Positions 16,985-24,839 of a DNA stretch of 36,166 nucleotides are shown in pieces; positions within the stretch are counted from its first letter, which is position 1, and each line of letters begins with the position of its first letter. This DNA is from a virus: IMG/VR virus record IMGVR_UViG_3300045988_053152, positions 1 to 36,166 of that record. One strand, written 5' to 3'. A program made the position numbers and the translations under genes. Under the pieces are notes generated by a model. That model saw only the letters and a list, made by a program, of their open reading frames with translations, had not been told where the DNA came from and made no database searches.

Positions 16985-17683
16985 TTATTTGTTAAAATGT
17001 TTCTTTATCTCCGCCTTTTCCTTTTCAATATCTTCATGCCTTTTCGCCAGTGCTAAAATAGCGTCCAGGTAATTAACTCTTTTGGCTTCTGCGAACGAGC
17101 AGTTGAATGCCTCGGCCGTAGCCTGTACCAAAGTCAGAATGTTCTTTGCCTCTTTCAGTTCGTCCGCCTCGGTGTCCGGGCCTCCTGCGCCCTGTGGGAA
17201 CAACCGTTTTTCAAGCGCGTCCGCCGCCTCTATCTGCTCCTTGATGTACTTCATTGTGGACAACAGGTGATAGATGTTATCCGGCGAATACTCGGCGGGT
17301 TGGTCCTCTACGGGCGTGCACCACTTCGTAACCTTCTCCGTTGCCGTCTCGGCCCTACGCGTCTCTATCAATTGCCATAGCGTTACCTGCTCAATGCTAG
17401 GCAGCGCGTACACTACACGGCGGTTTTTGGTTACGAACCGGTCGGCCTGTACGTACTCCGAGACCTTCTCCAATAACTTATTTTGCTCGGAAGTCAGCCG
17501 ACCTTCGTAACACGGGTGCAAGTTACATATAAATTCCAATTGTTTGGCGTTATTATACCGACAAAGTGCATAGTAGATGCGCATTAGCGCACTTTTCACA
17601 CGGCCCTTCACGGTATTCGGGCACGACATCAATACGATATCCTCGAGCCCTTTAAATCTAATCTTATTCATATTCATATTCAT
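16985..17683 (-). CDS. Hypothetical late protein
   Basis: 232-aa ORF with three alternative ATGs at 17683, 17677 and 17671. No motif recognised. Confidence 0.55.
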   Translation of the reverse strand: MNMNMNKIRFKGLEDIVLMSCPNTVKGRVKSALMRIYYALCRYNNAKQLEFICNLHPCYEGRLTSEQNKLLEKVSEYVQADRFVTKNRRVVYALPSIEQVTLWQLIETRRAETATEKVTKWCTPVEDQPAEYSPDNIYHLLSTMKYIKEQIEAADALEKRLFPQGAGGPDTEADELKEAKNILTLVQATAEAFNCSFAEAKRVNYLDAILALAKRHEDIEKEKAEIKKHFNK

Positions 17684-17834
17684 CGAATTCTAGTTGTTCC
17701 ACTTGTTCGTAAAATAGCCACTCTTGTTCATCGGTCCCGTCGTACTGTACCACGACGCCCAATACATCGGCCTCCAATACCGTTCCGGTTCTTCCGTCCT
17801 CGGTAACCTGCACACGCTCGTATATCTGTATCAT
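17664..17834 (-). CDS. Small acidic ORF (56 aa) coupled to the terL stop
   Basis: Hand translation gives MIQIYERVQVTEDGRTGTVLEADVLGVVVQYDGTDEQEWLFYEQVEQLEFDEYEYE. The ATG overlaps the terL TGA (ATGA). It fills an otherwise empty 147-nt gap and is below the ORF-track size cutoff. Confidence 0.45.
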   Translation of the reverse strand: MIQIYERVQVTEDGRTGTVLEADVLGVVVQYDGTDEQEWLFYEQVEQLEFDEYEYE

Positions 17835-19000
17835 TGTGCGGCGGCTTTAGGTCGGTACTTCCGGATAAGGAAATCAACGCCGTAACGGATAGCGTCCCAT
17901 GCATGGTTAAAGTTATCTATCGGCTCGTTCGTGAACGTGTCGGTCATCTCGTCCTTGACGTAGGAATAATTATCCGCCTCATCCAGGATATCCGCGCTAC
18001 GCTTCGTTACGTGCAACTTGAACTGCTTCACCTGCTGAATGCCCGCCTTGACAGAACCTTTGCCCTTTACACACGGGATTGTCTTACAGCCGTGCTGCCG
18101 TATCTCCACGATACTTTTCTGCTCGGCGCTGTCGCACACGGTATATACATTTTGCAGCCCGTAGTCCTTAAGCGTGTCCGCTATCGTGCGGTTCAGCATT
18201 TTGGTACGGTAGCACACTTCGTCTATGTACAGGTCCCAACCTCGCATGTAGATATCGACAATTGCGGTAGGGTCGTTCTGAAAGCCGAAATCAAGCCCTA
18301 CACAGCGTTTTGTATCCTCGCCCGTTAAGAAGTCCGGCAACGCCTCAATAACCTCAATTTCGGGATATACAAGGCCTTCAAGCCCGCCCGTTTGTCCTTC
18401 TCCATACACGCGCCACCAGTTAGGGTCCTTGGCGTTGCGTTCAATAGCCTCAATTTGTTGTTCCGTCAAGAACGGGTTATCCTTGTACGTCGAGTGGATA
18501 GTAACGTACTTGTCCCCTACAAAATCGGTCTCGCCCCAAAATCTTCGGACGGGGTTAAAGTCGATAATCACCTTCAGCCTGGTACGTACATCCAATTGGC
18601 GGAATATCTCCCTGGGTATCCTTTGCGCCTCGTTGATGAACAATATATCGCGCGCCGGACCGTGCACCTTGGCCGCACTGTCGCACCCGAAAAACTCGAT
18701 ATAAACGCCTTCCTTGACGGTGTATATCATATCGGACTTGTTGAACGCGCTGTCCTCCCATACCCCTTCGTCAATCAGCATATTAGTGAAGTCACGGAGC
18801 ATGCCGCGCTTGACTGCCGGCAGCGTGTCGGTTACGCAACTGATCATTAACGGCTCGGGACTTTCCCGCGCTATCAGGTAAAGCAGCTGTAAGGTGCTCC
18901 ACGTCTTTGAGGAACGCGTACCGCCCTTACTTGCAATTCCGCGAATGGCGGGATCCATTAGCGGCTCTATCATTTTATCGAATACATATGTACACCTCAT
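17831..19000 (-). CDS. terL: Terminase large subunit (PBSX/Terminase_3-like)
   Basis: 389 aa with an N-terminal ATPase P-loop variant (GGTRSSKTWS) and a C-terminal nuclease-like half. It abuts the small-subunit gene with no gap. Confidence 0.8.
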   Translation of the reverse strand: MRCTYVFDKMIEPLMDPAIRGIASKGGTRSSKTWSTLQLLYLIARESPEPLMISCVTDTLPAVKRGMLRDFTNMLIDEGVWEDSAFNKSDMIYTVKEGVYIEFFGCDSAAKVHGPARDILFINEAQRIPREIFRQLDVRTRLKVIIDFNPVRRFWGETDFVGDKYVTIHSTYKDNPFLTEQQIEAIERNAKDPNWWRVYGEGQTGGLEGLVYPEIEVIEALPDFLTGEDTKRCVGLDFGFQNDPTAIVDIYMRGWDLYIDEVCYRTKMLNRTIADTLKDYGLQNVYTVCDSAEQKSIVEIRQHGCKTIPCVKGKGSVKAGIQQVKQFKLHVTKRSADILDEADNYSYVKDEMTDTFTNEPIDNFNHAWDAIRYGVDFLIRKYRPKAAAQ

Positions 19001-19708
19001 TTAACCCCCTTTTCCTTCGTTTTCCGAGCCTTTGTGCTCTTTCTTGAACTCCTTTAGCTTTTGCACCCTTGAGACCGTCCTGGGGTCTGAAACCTGTATT
19101 GTGAGGCCTCCCTTAATCTCCTTGCCTCCTGTGGTGTAATCGAGTGCGGTTTTGTGCCCTCTCAATGCGCGGATGTAGTTAGGGTCGAATACCTGCGCGG
19201 CCGCGCCGGCGTCCATATCCTGGAATATCATTTGCCGGATATTGTCAATTGCCTCAGCGAACGCCTTAGAGGCCTCTATGCCGAACTCCTTATAGTTGTC
19301 CTCGTATATCCGGCGACGGTCCGCCAAATAGTTGGGCGCCGCGCCAAGGAACGCGCAAAAGTCCGTTTCGGTCATCAGGCGCTTTCTTGGAATCTCTAGC
19401 AGCGTGCCTGCCATGTTACCGGACTTAACGACGTCAACCGCAATAATAGGGTGCCTATCTATCCAATCCTGGTACATGTTAAAGGCGGCAAGCAAATCTT
19501 CCGGCTCTTGCCATATAGGAACCTTCCCCCACCGTCGGCGGCATATCTGAAACACGCTGTTACAGCCGTTTTCTTCTGCCGGGTCTAGGCGCGTGCGGGA
19601 TTTCTCGAGCCGCGCCTGCGAGACCACATTTATCGCCACTCCGTCCGGCCCTCGTTCCACCAATGGGGCGGGCGCTTTTTCGTTCTTATCTTCTTTTGAA
19701 TTTTTCAT
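19001..19708 (-). CDS. terS: Terminase small subunit (probable)
   Basis: 235 aa, immediately upstream of terL. The segment TETDFCAFLGAAPNYLADRR resembles the DNA-binding core of small terminases. Confidence 0.6.
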   Translation of the reverse strand: MKNSKEDKNEKAPAPLVERGPDGVAINVVSQARLEKSRTRLDPAEENGCNSVFQICRRRWGKVPIWQEPEDLLAAFNMYQDWIDRHPIIAVDVVKSGNMAGTLLEIPRKRLMTETDFCAFLGAAPNYLADRRRIYEDNYKEFGIEASKAFAEAIDNIRQMIFQDMDAGAAAQVFDPNYIRALRGHKTALDYTTGGKEIKGGLTIQVSDPRTVSRVQKLKEFKKEHKGSENEGKGG

Positions 19709-19738
19709 ACATTAAAATTGCTTCTCATTTATTGACAA

Positions 19739-19746
19739 CAAATATA
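19739..19746 (-). promoter_or_regulatory. Candidate late promoter, -7 box TATATTTG, upstream of terS
   Basis: The reverse complement of caaatata fits TAnnTTTG and lies 31 nt upstream of the terS ATG. The nearest TTTG is only 13 nt upstream, which is atypical spacing. Confidence 0.4.
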
Positions 19747-19796
19747 TGGCTTTCCCGCCCAAAAATAGGGCTAAATGCCTATAATTGCATCTTGTG

Positions 19797-20191
19797 TCAC
19801 TTAACTATCTGATTATCAAGTTATAAGGTTTTTGTGTCATCAATGTCACATATGAATAATGCCACCTAACGTACTGTGGCACAGCGAGTTAACCCCAAAC
19901 GTCACAGATTCACAGATGTTTTCCTATTAGATAAAAACAAGAATATTACTACCTCAATTTAATATCAATTAACCTATACTAATATATATCAATTCACAAT
20001 ATTAATAATCATCTTTTTTATCTCTATACAATATATCTATGACATCTATGACATTAGTACTAACTATAAGTAATTCAGTAAGTTAGGCGTCACAGTAAAA
20101 AATCCTTAATTAATGATGCAAAAAGTTTGTAGTCTGATTATCAATGACTTAAGCGTCGTAAACGAGTGTCAAAGATGATTTTTATTGTAAA
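19797..20191. repeat. Boundary module copy B (direct repeat of 1143-1446, with extra insertions)
   Basis: See the copy A alignment. Copy B carries about 55 extra nt (around 19856-19900) that include TGCCAC-N10-GTGGCA (19860-19881), and a longer AT-rich core (69 vs 45 nt). Confidence 0.85.
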
Positions 20192-20199
20192 GGTAAATT

Positions 20200-20505
20200 A
20201 GTAGAACTTTTGGTCAAAACGTTAGTAAAACAGCCCTTTTCGAGCATTCTCCCAAAAAACTTTTTGCCGAAATGACACCTTATGCATTTTCTCTCAAAAA
20301 ACTTTTTTGTCAAAAGGTTAGTAAACTCGCATTTTCGCCCGAAAAGTACGTTTTTCAAAATGTCGCACAAAAAATTTTGTGGATTTCAATTTAGCATCAA
20401 TTAACTATGTTTACTAACGTTTTGACAAAAAACTTTTCTCTCAAAATCTTTGCTTTATGATAAAAACCACATTCGCAAAGTTTTTTGAGAGAAAAGTTTT
20501 CTAAG
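20200..20505. promoter_or_regulatory. Motif-dense noncoding region (candidate operator array, origin or terminator complex)
   Basis: GTCAAAA(C/G)GTTAGTAAA at 20213-20230 and 20309-20326, and inverted at 20409-20426. TTTTGAGAGAAAAGTTTT-type motif at 20481-20500, inverted at 20287-20308 and 20429-20446, and degenerate at 20246-20266. Confidence 0.6.
20429..20500 (-). terminator. Long inverted repeat (~24-bp stem, 21-nt loop) 5 nt after the last early gene; candidate strong terminator
   Basis: 20429-20453 pairs with 20475-20500 (6 bp, a small internal loop, then 18 bp). On the minus-strand RNA the stem ends in UUUU followed by UUGUC. Confidence 0.45.
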
Positions 20506-21078
20506 TCATTCCACTACTTTTCCGTTAATATCTCGTGGAATGAACCCATATTTACCCGCCCATTCGCGTAAATTTTCGTTACGACACCTTAACGCCCCGC
20601 ACGGTTCCCGTTTTTCCCACTTGTGAAACTGCCACATCCATTCGTCCAGGGATACCGTTCCGTCTCTATAATAGTTAAGGCGGTAAACCGGGTTTGACTC
20701 TACCCGCCCCCTATACTTTAGCTTCCATGTTCCCGGGCACCACATTCGCGGGATATCCCCCGTATTGAACTTATCCAGGCGTTCGCGTTCCGGGTTCTTT
20801 AACAGCATTGTTTCAATGGTCGGTATCCTGTTTGGCTCGGTACGTGTGTTCCTGTCATCACGGACTGTCGCAATCTCATATATGATTTGCGGCAGCGCCT
20901 CGCATACCGCCATTGCGTTAACTAGGTTGTAAGGGAAACCCTTCGCTTTCCGGTAATAAATGCCGTTCGCCTTGAAGAACTTGAAAAGGAAGAACTCATT
21001 TACATTGAGTATCGTCGCTAGGTCTTCAACTACGAATTCTAGCGGTTTCTTTCTGCACTCTGATTGTTTTTGTCCCAT
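20506..21078 (-). CDS. Hypothetical protein, last gene of the early module (possible DNA-binding protein or late regulator)
   Basis: 190-aa ORF. The N-terminal segment DLATILNVNEFFLFKFFKANGI is HTH-like. The regulator idea comes from its position only. Confidence 0.55.
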   Translation of the reverse strand: MGQKQSECRKKPLEFVVEDLATILNVNEFFLFKFFKANGIYYRKAKGFPYNLVNAMAVCEALPQIIYEIATVRDDRNTRTEPNRIPTIETMLLKNPERERLDKFNTGDIPRMWCPGTWKLKYRGRVESNPVYRLNYYRDGTVSLDEWMWQFHKWEKREPCGALRCRNENLREWAGKYGFIPRDINGKVVE

Positions 21079-21080
21079 GG

Positions 21081-21224
21081 TTATAAACTTAGTAGTATTA
21101 GGAAGGCCAGCCGCGCAAAAGTAAACGCTAGCGCCACGGTTAATAAAATCGCTATAAACATTCTCACTGCTAGCCCAGGCAAATCTTCCGGGCTATTCAG
21201 CCAATTGAAAAACTTCCGTATCAT
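21081..21224 (-). CDS. Small membrane protein (47 aa)
   Basis: Internal ATG of track ORF 21081..21314 that forms an ATGA overlap with the stop of 21221..21523. MIRKFFNWLNSPEDLPGLAVRMFIAILLTVALAFTFARLAFLILLSL has one TM helix. Confidence 0.5.
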   Translation of the reverse strand: MIRKFFNWLNSPEDLPGLAVRMFIAILLTVALAFTFARLAFLILLSL

Positions 21225-21523
21225 AGTTTCAGCGCCTCCCTTATTTTTCCCAATAACGCGTACATCTCGGGGCGCGTCAATGTAAGTTGTACATCCGGCG
21301 CATTCTTCCGGCACATCGTAAAGCCCCCGGGCTTACTGTCGTCCGTTGATAGCCCCCTGTATATCATAATCTCCTCGGCTTCCGCCTTATCGATTTTCTT
21401 GCGCATATTGTATTGCGCTTGTTCCGCTCTGTACAACGCGGTCTTAAAGCGTCCGGTTCTGATGCCCGCTACTTCTTGTTCCTTCATTTCTTGTTCTCTA
21501 AATAAATGCTCCATATTTTCCAT
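21221..21523 (-). CDS. Hypothetical protein
   Basis: 100-aa charged ORF, tightly packed with its neighbours. Confidence 0.6.
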   Translation of the reverse strand: MENMEHLFREQEMKEQEVAGIRTGRFKTALYRAEQAQYNMRKKIDKAEAEEIMIYRGLSTDDSKPGGFTMCRKNAPDVQLTLTRPEMYALLGKIREALKL

Positions 21524-21529
21524 ACCTTA

Positions 21530-21700
21530 TTATATTAATAACATTCCTATAAAACATAACACAAGTAGCACCCCTCCAAGCGTCATACACGTCAAAGAGA
21601 AAAAATCTACTAGGCGCGACTTATCAAAAACTATCGCCACTGCCATACCGATAAAACTTAATCCCATTAACACAAAAAGGGATATGATTGCTTTTTCCAT
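21530..21700 (-). CDS. Small two-TM membrane protein (56 aa)
   Basis: Hand translation gives MEKAIISLFVLMGLSFIGMAVAIVFDKSRLVDFFSLTCMTLGGVLLVLCFIGMLLI. It exactly fills the gap between 21704 and 21523 and is below the ORF-track cutoff. Confidence 0.5.
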   Translation of the reverse strand: MEKAIISLFVLMGLSFIGMAVAIVFDKSRLVDFFSLTCMTLGGVLLVLCFIGMLLI

Positions 21701-21703
21701 AGC

Positions 21704-22246
21704 CTAAAATATTAAATTGATTAAGTAATGTAATACGTAATTGCCCAATAGCCACCAGGATAGCGCCGCCCCTACGAAACCGCCCACAGCGGTACACGTA
21801 GCATCCACCCAATCGAATTTACCGCCGTGCTGCGCATCCTTGAATTCCATGCCTAGCGCCAACCCGATAGCCAGCCAAAAGTTTATGGCGCCCGCCGGGA
21901 TAGCGTACAAGAAATGTTTCCAGCGGTTAGACTCAAGGAACCACCCGAACAGTTTAGAAGCGAACGACCGTTTAGGCCCTGTTACTTCCGGCGCGTTAAT
22001 GCTTTCTTTCGGTACGGGTACCTTGCGCAGAAACACTATGTAATTATCCGGTATACCCAATCGGTTCACCACGCCTATGCCAGTCGGTTCGAATTCCTTA
22101 GATGCTCCTCGCACGGGTTCGTACAGGTGTACGTTACATCTATACTTTCCGTCAAACTGTGGACCCTTGTAGACGAACTTTTCGTTGTCTCCCAATACTA
22201 CCGTATCGCCTACTTGATACTCTGATGTGAAATTTTGATTTTCCAT
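21704..22246 (-). CDS. Membrane protein: soluble N-terminal domain plus a C-terminal TM domain with a VanZ-like motif (tentative)
   Basis: 180 aa. The C-terminal half NRWKHFLYAIP...EFKD...DWVDATCTAVGGFVG resembles the VanZ pattern K-HF..Y / E..Q / D...N..G...G as I remember it. Unverified. Confidence 0.35.
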   Translation of the reverse strand: MENQNFTSEYQVGDTVVLGDNEKFVYKGPQFDGKYRCNVHLYEPVRGASKEFEPTGIGVVNRLGIPDNYIVFLRKVPVPKESINAPEVTGPKRSFASKLFGWFLESNRWKHFLYAIPAGAINFWLAIGLALGMEFKDAQHGGKFDWVDATCTAVGGFVGAALSWWLLGNYVLHYLINLIF

Positions 22247-22461
22247 TATTCTACTGTTTTAAAAATTAAGTCTTTATTTATCGTTTCTCCTATCTCTATA
22301 CACAACCACCCTCCGGGGCCTTTGCAAGGCTCGCCCCTCTTATGGAACGCGCACCCCTTGCACAATTCTCCATGCTCCTGGTATACCGCCTTGTAGGTTA
22401 TGCCGTTGTGCTCCTTGGTATCACCCGCGGAAAACTTTTTCAAACCATACTTCTCGTTCAT
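22246..22461 (-). CDS. Small Cys-rich protein (CxxC...C...C, zinc-ribbon-like), paralog of 24839..25066
   Basis: 71 aa. It shares G(I/T)TY, CKGCAF, the downstream CKG and LC, and the F(K/Q)T(V/I) C-terminus with the 75-aa protein. Confidence 0.65.
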   Translation of the reverse strand: MNEKYGLKKFSAGDTKEHNGITYKAVYQEHGELCKGCAFHKRGEPCKGPGGWLCIEIGETINKDLIFKTVE

Positions 22462-22464
22462 AAT

Positions 22465-23454
22465 TTAGTTTTTAAATAATTGACCCAATATATGTTCGAT
22501 AACCTTCACTGTCCACCCGTTACCGCACATTCGGAATATCTGAGTGTCGGATACTATCCACTCGTACCATTCCGGTACGGTCTGCAACCGCGCGCACTCG
22601 GTAGGCGTTAACCGCCTCAGCATTCCGCGAAACTGTAACAGGTTAGCCCTTTGCGCTGGCGTCGGGCAATCAGGTCTTCCGCGGCTATCCGCAATTAGAT
22701 TATGGTTCACACTATCGTGATAGTCACACAGTGTGTTTGCTTTCCCTTCCGGTGAAACTATCCGTGCGCCAAAATCGTATCCTTTCTCGGCGTTAACCCT
22801 GGCGCGATTAGCCATGCCCTCCAGGGCCCTATCCGATACGTAGTACTTCTCATCCACTTCGTCCTCCAGGATATCGCGGATTAATATACCTTCGTCTTTC
22901 GGTTGGGGTATCTCGGCTATGTTGGTCCAATACAATCTCTTCCGGTTCTGCGCGGATAACAGGTTGCTGTTAATCATAACGGGTTGCACTCCGATAGCTT
23001 CCGTTAACACGGCTTCCCACTTCTTCGACATCTTAACGTTTTCCAGCAGGAACTTAACGTCCGGGTTGTATTTCCGTATGTCTGTCAATATGCGCATATA
23101 CTCCCAAAAGAGATACGATTGCCCTTCAAACTCAAAACCCATTTCTTTGAGGTCCAGGTAGGTCTGCAAGTCGGTTATATCTACCTTATCGGTCGTTACC
23201 ATTCCTACCCTCTTTCCCGCGAACGAAAACGACTGGCACGGGCTTCCGCCTATAAGCAAATCTATCTTATCCAATTTCGATACGTCCACCTTGGTAACGT
23301 CCCCTAGTTGTATGGTGTCGGGAAACACGCTCATAGTCTGCTGTATGGCGAACTTGTCCACCTCGGAAGCGTAGTACTTGTCCGGGAAACACCCCAGTTC
23401 GGTAAGTGCGATTTGTCCGCAACTCATGCCGTCGAATAAACTTAATACATTCAT
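22465..23454 (-). CDS. dcm: DNA (cytosine-5)-methyltransferase, orphan
   Basis: 329 aa with motif I LFDGMSCG, motif IV GGSPCQSFS, motif VI ENV, motif VIII QNRKR, TPTECARLQTVP and motif X GNGWTV. No adjacent restriction endonuclease. Confidence 0.9.
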   Translation of the reverse strand: MNVLSLFDGMSCGQIALTELGCFPDKYYASEVDKFAIQQTMSVFPDTIQLGDVTKVDVSKLDKIDLLIGGSPCQSFSFAGKRVGMVTTDKVDITDLQTYLDLKEMGFEFEGQSYLFWEYMRILTDIRKYNPDVKFLLENVKMSKKWEAVLTEAIGVQPVMINSNLLSAQNRKRLYWTNIAEIPQPKDEGILIRDILEDEVDEKYYVSDRALEGMANRARVNAEKGYDFGARIVSPEGKANTLCDYHDSVNHNLIADSRGRPDCPTPAQRANLLQFRGMLRRLTPTECARLQTVPEWYEWIVSDTQIFRMCGNGWTVKVIEHILGQLFKN

Positions 23455-24839
23455 CTCTTATACTTATTAATCAGTTCTTTAACTATATTCATTAACCCGT
23501 CCTGCGCCGTCGCCTTCCCGCTTAGCACTTGTATTACCCGCTCGTCCACGGTTCCCTTGCTTATCAGGTGGTGGACAAACACGTTATTCTTCTGTCCCTG
23601 CCTCCACAACCGCGCGTTGAACTGCTGATATAATTCCAGGCTCCATGTAGCGCTGTACCATATTATACGGTTGCCGCCCTTCTGCATGTTAAGCCCGTGT
23701 CCCGCGCTCGCCGGGTGCGTTACTAGTACGGGTATCTTTCCCTCGTTCCACTCCCTTACATCATCCACGGTGTTAAGCCTCCGCGCACCGAACGGTTGCA
23801 AAGCCTTCATTATCCGGACTTCCTCGTGTTTGAACCCGTAGGCCACCAGCACGGGCGAGCCGTTCGCCGCCTCAATCATTTCTACCAGGGTCTCCAACTT
23901 TTCATCGTGCACGTTGTACACGTCCCGCACTTCATCATAGACCGCGCCCCCCGCGTATTGCAGTAACTTGTTTGTAAGGGCCGCGGCATTTAGCGCTGTG
24001 ATTTCCTTTGAATCTCCGCCGGTAGCGTCAAGCAGCGTTAGAAGTTGCTCTTCCTCGAACTTGTCGTACGCCTTCTTCACCTTCTCCGACAGTTCAACGT
24101 AATTGTTGATGTATGTAACTTCCGGCATATCCAGGAAATCGAGTGCTTTCATTGACAGCGTTATGTCGGATATCTTTTCCCCTATCACCTCCTCGGTATC
24201 GGCCAGCGGTTTGTACTCGTAGATTATCCCGGCGTTCTGCCGTCCCGGCCGGAAGTAGTTGGCGCGGTAATCGGTTATCGTCTTACCCAGCCTTTGCCCG
24301 CCGTCAACAAGGTACATTTGCGCCCACAGGTCGATAAGTCCGTTTGGCGCGGGCGTTCCGGTCAGACCCACGACACGGTAACAACTGCGGCGGATAACCT
24401 TTGCCGCCTTGAACCGTTTGGCGCTGTGGTTTTTGAAACTACTTAGTTCGTCCAAAACTAACATATCATAGGGAACCTTTTGCCCGCCCCACATTTGCAA
24501 GAGCCATACGAGATTATCCCGGCTAACCGTGTACACATCCGCATCTGCCCGGGCTGCCGCTTCTCTCTGTCTGGCGGTGCCCTTTATGACTGATACGCGT
24601 AGGTGGCTTAAGTGGCTCCAGGCGTTAACCTCGTCTAGCCATGTCATTTCCGCTACTCTCTTGGGGGCTACTACCAATACCTTAGTTACTTCAAACCGCT
24701 CTATCAAGTCAGACACGGCCGTTAACGTGGACACGGTTTTCCCCAGTCCCATGTCGAGAAACAGCGCGGCGCACGGGTTGTCCTCTATATGGTTGACGGC
24801 CGTTATCTGGTACTTGTGTAGCTGTGTACGGTCCGGCAT
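23451..24839 (-). CDS. SNF2-family (SF2) helicase/DNA translocase
   Basis: 462 aa with motif I DMGLGKT, motif II LVLDELSSF, TGTP, and the C-terminal helicase motifs GLNMQ and RLWRQGQ. Confidence 0.85.
   Translation of the reverse strand: MPDRTQLHKYQITAVNHIEDNPCAALFLDMGLGKTVSTLTAVSDLIERFEVTKVLVVAPKRVAEMTWLDEVNAWSHLSHLRVSVIKGTARQREAAARADADVYTVSRDNLVWLLQMWGGQKVPYDMLVLDELSSFKNHSAKRFKAAKVIRRSCYRVVGLTGTPAPNGLIDLWAQMYLVDGGQRLGKTITDYRANYFRPGRQNAGIIYEYKPLADTEEVIGEKISDITLSMKALDFLDMPEVTYINNYVELSEKVKKAYDKFEEEQLLTLLDATGGDSKEITALNAAALTNKLLQYAGGAVYDEVRDVYNVHDEKLETLVEMIEAANGSPVLVAYGFKHEEVRIMKALQPFGARRLNTVDDVREWNEGKIPVLVTHPASAGHGLNMQKGGNRIIWYSATWSLELYQQFNARLWRQGQKNNVFVHHLISKGTVDERVIQVLSGKATAQDGLMNIVKELINKYKR

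Noticed and set aside
20182-20370. A 62-aa minus-strand ORF inside the motif array.
   Set aside because: Its sequence simply mirrors the DNA repeats (FTNLLTKKFF and FTNVLTKSS, GRKCEF and ERKCIRC). It has no leader cassette and starts downstream of a terminator-like palindrome, so it is more parsimoniously noncoding.
22078-22110. tRNA-like T-loop strings: GGTTCGAATTCC at about 22086 and GGTTCAATTCC at about 2121.
   Set aside because: The flanking bases do not form a T-stem or an acceptor stem, and both lie inside well-supported coding regions. No tRNA gene could be supported anywhere in the window.
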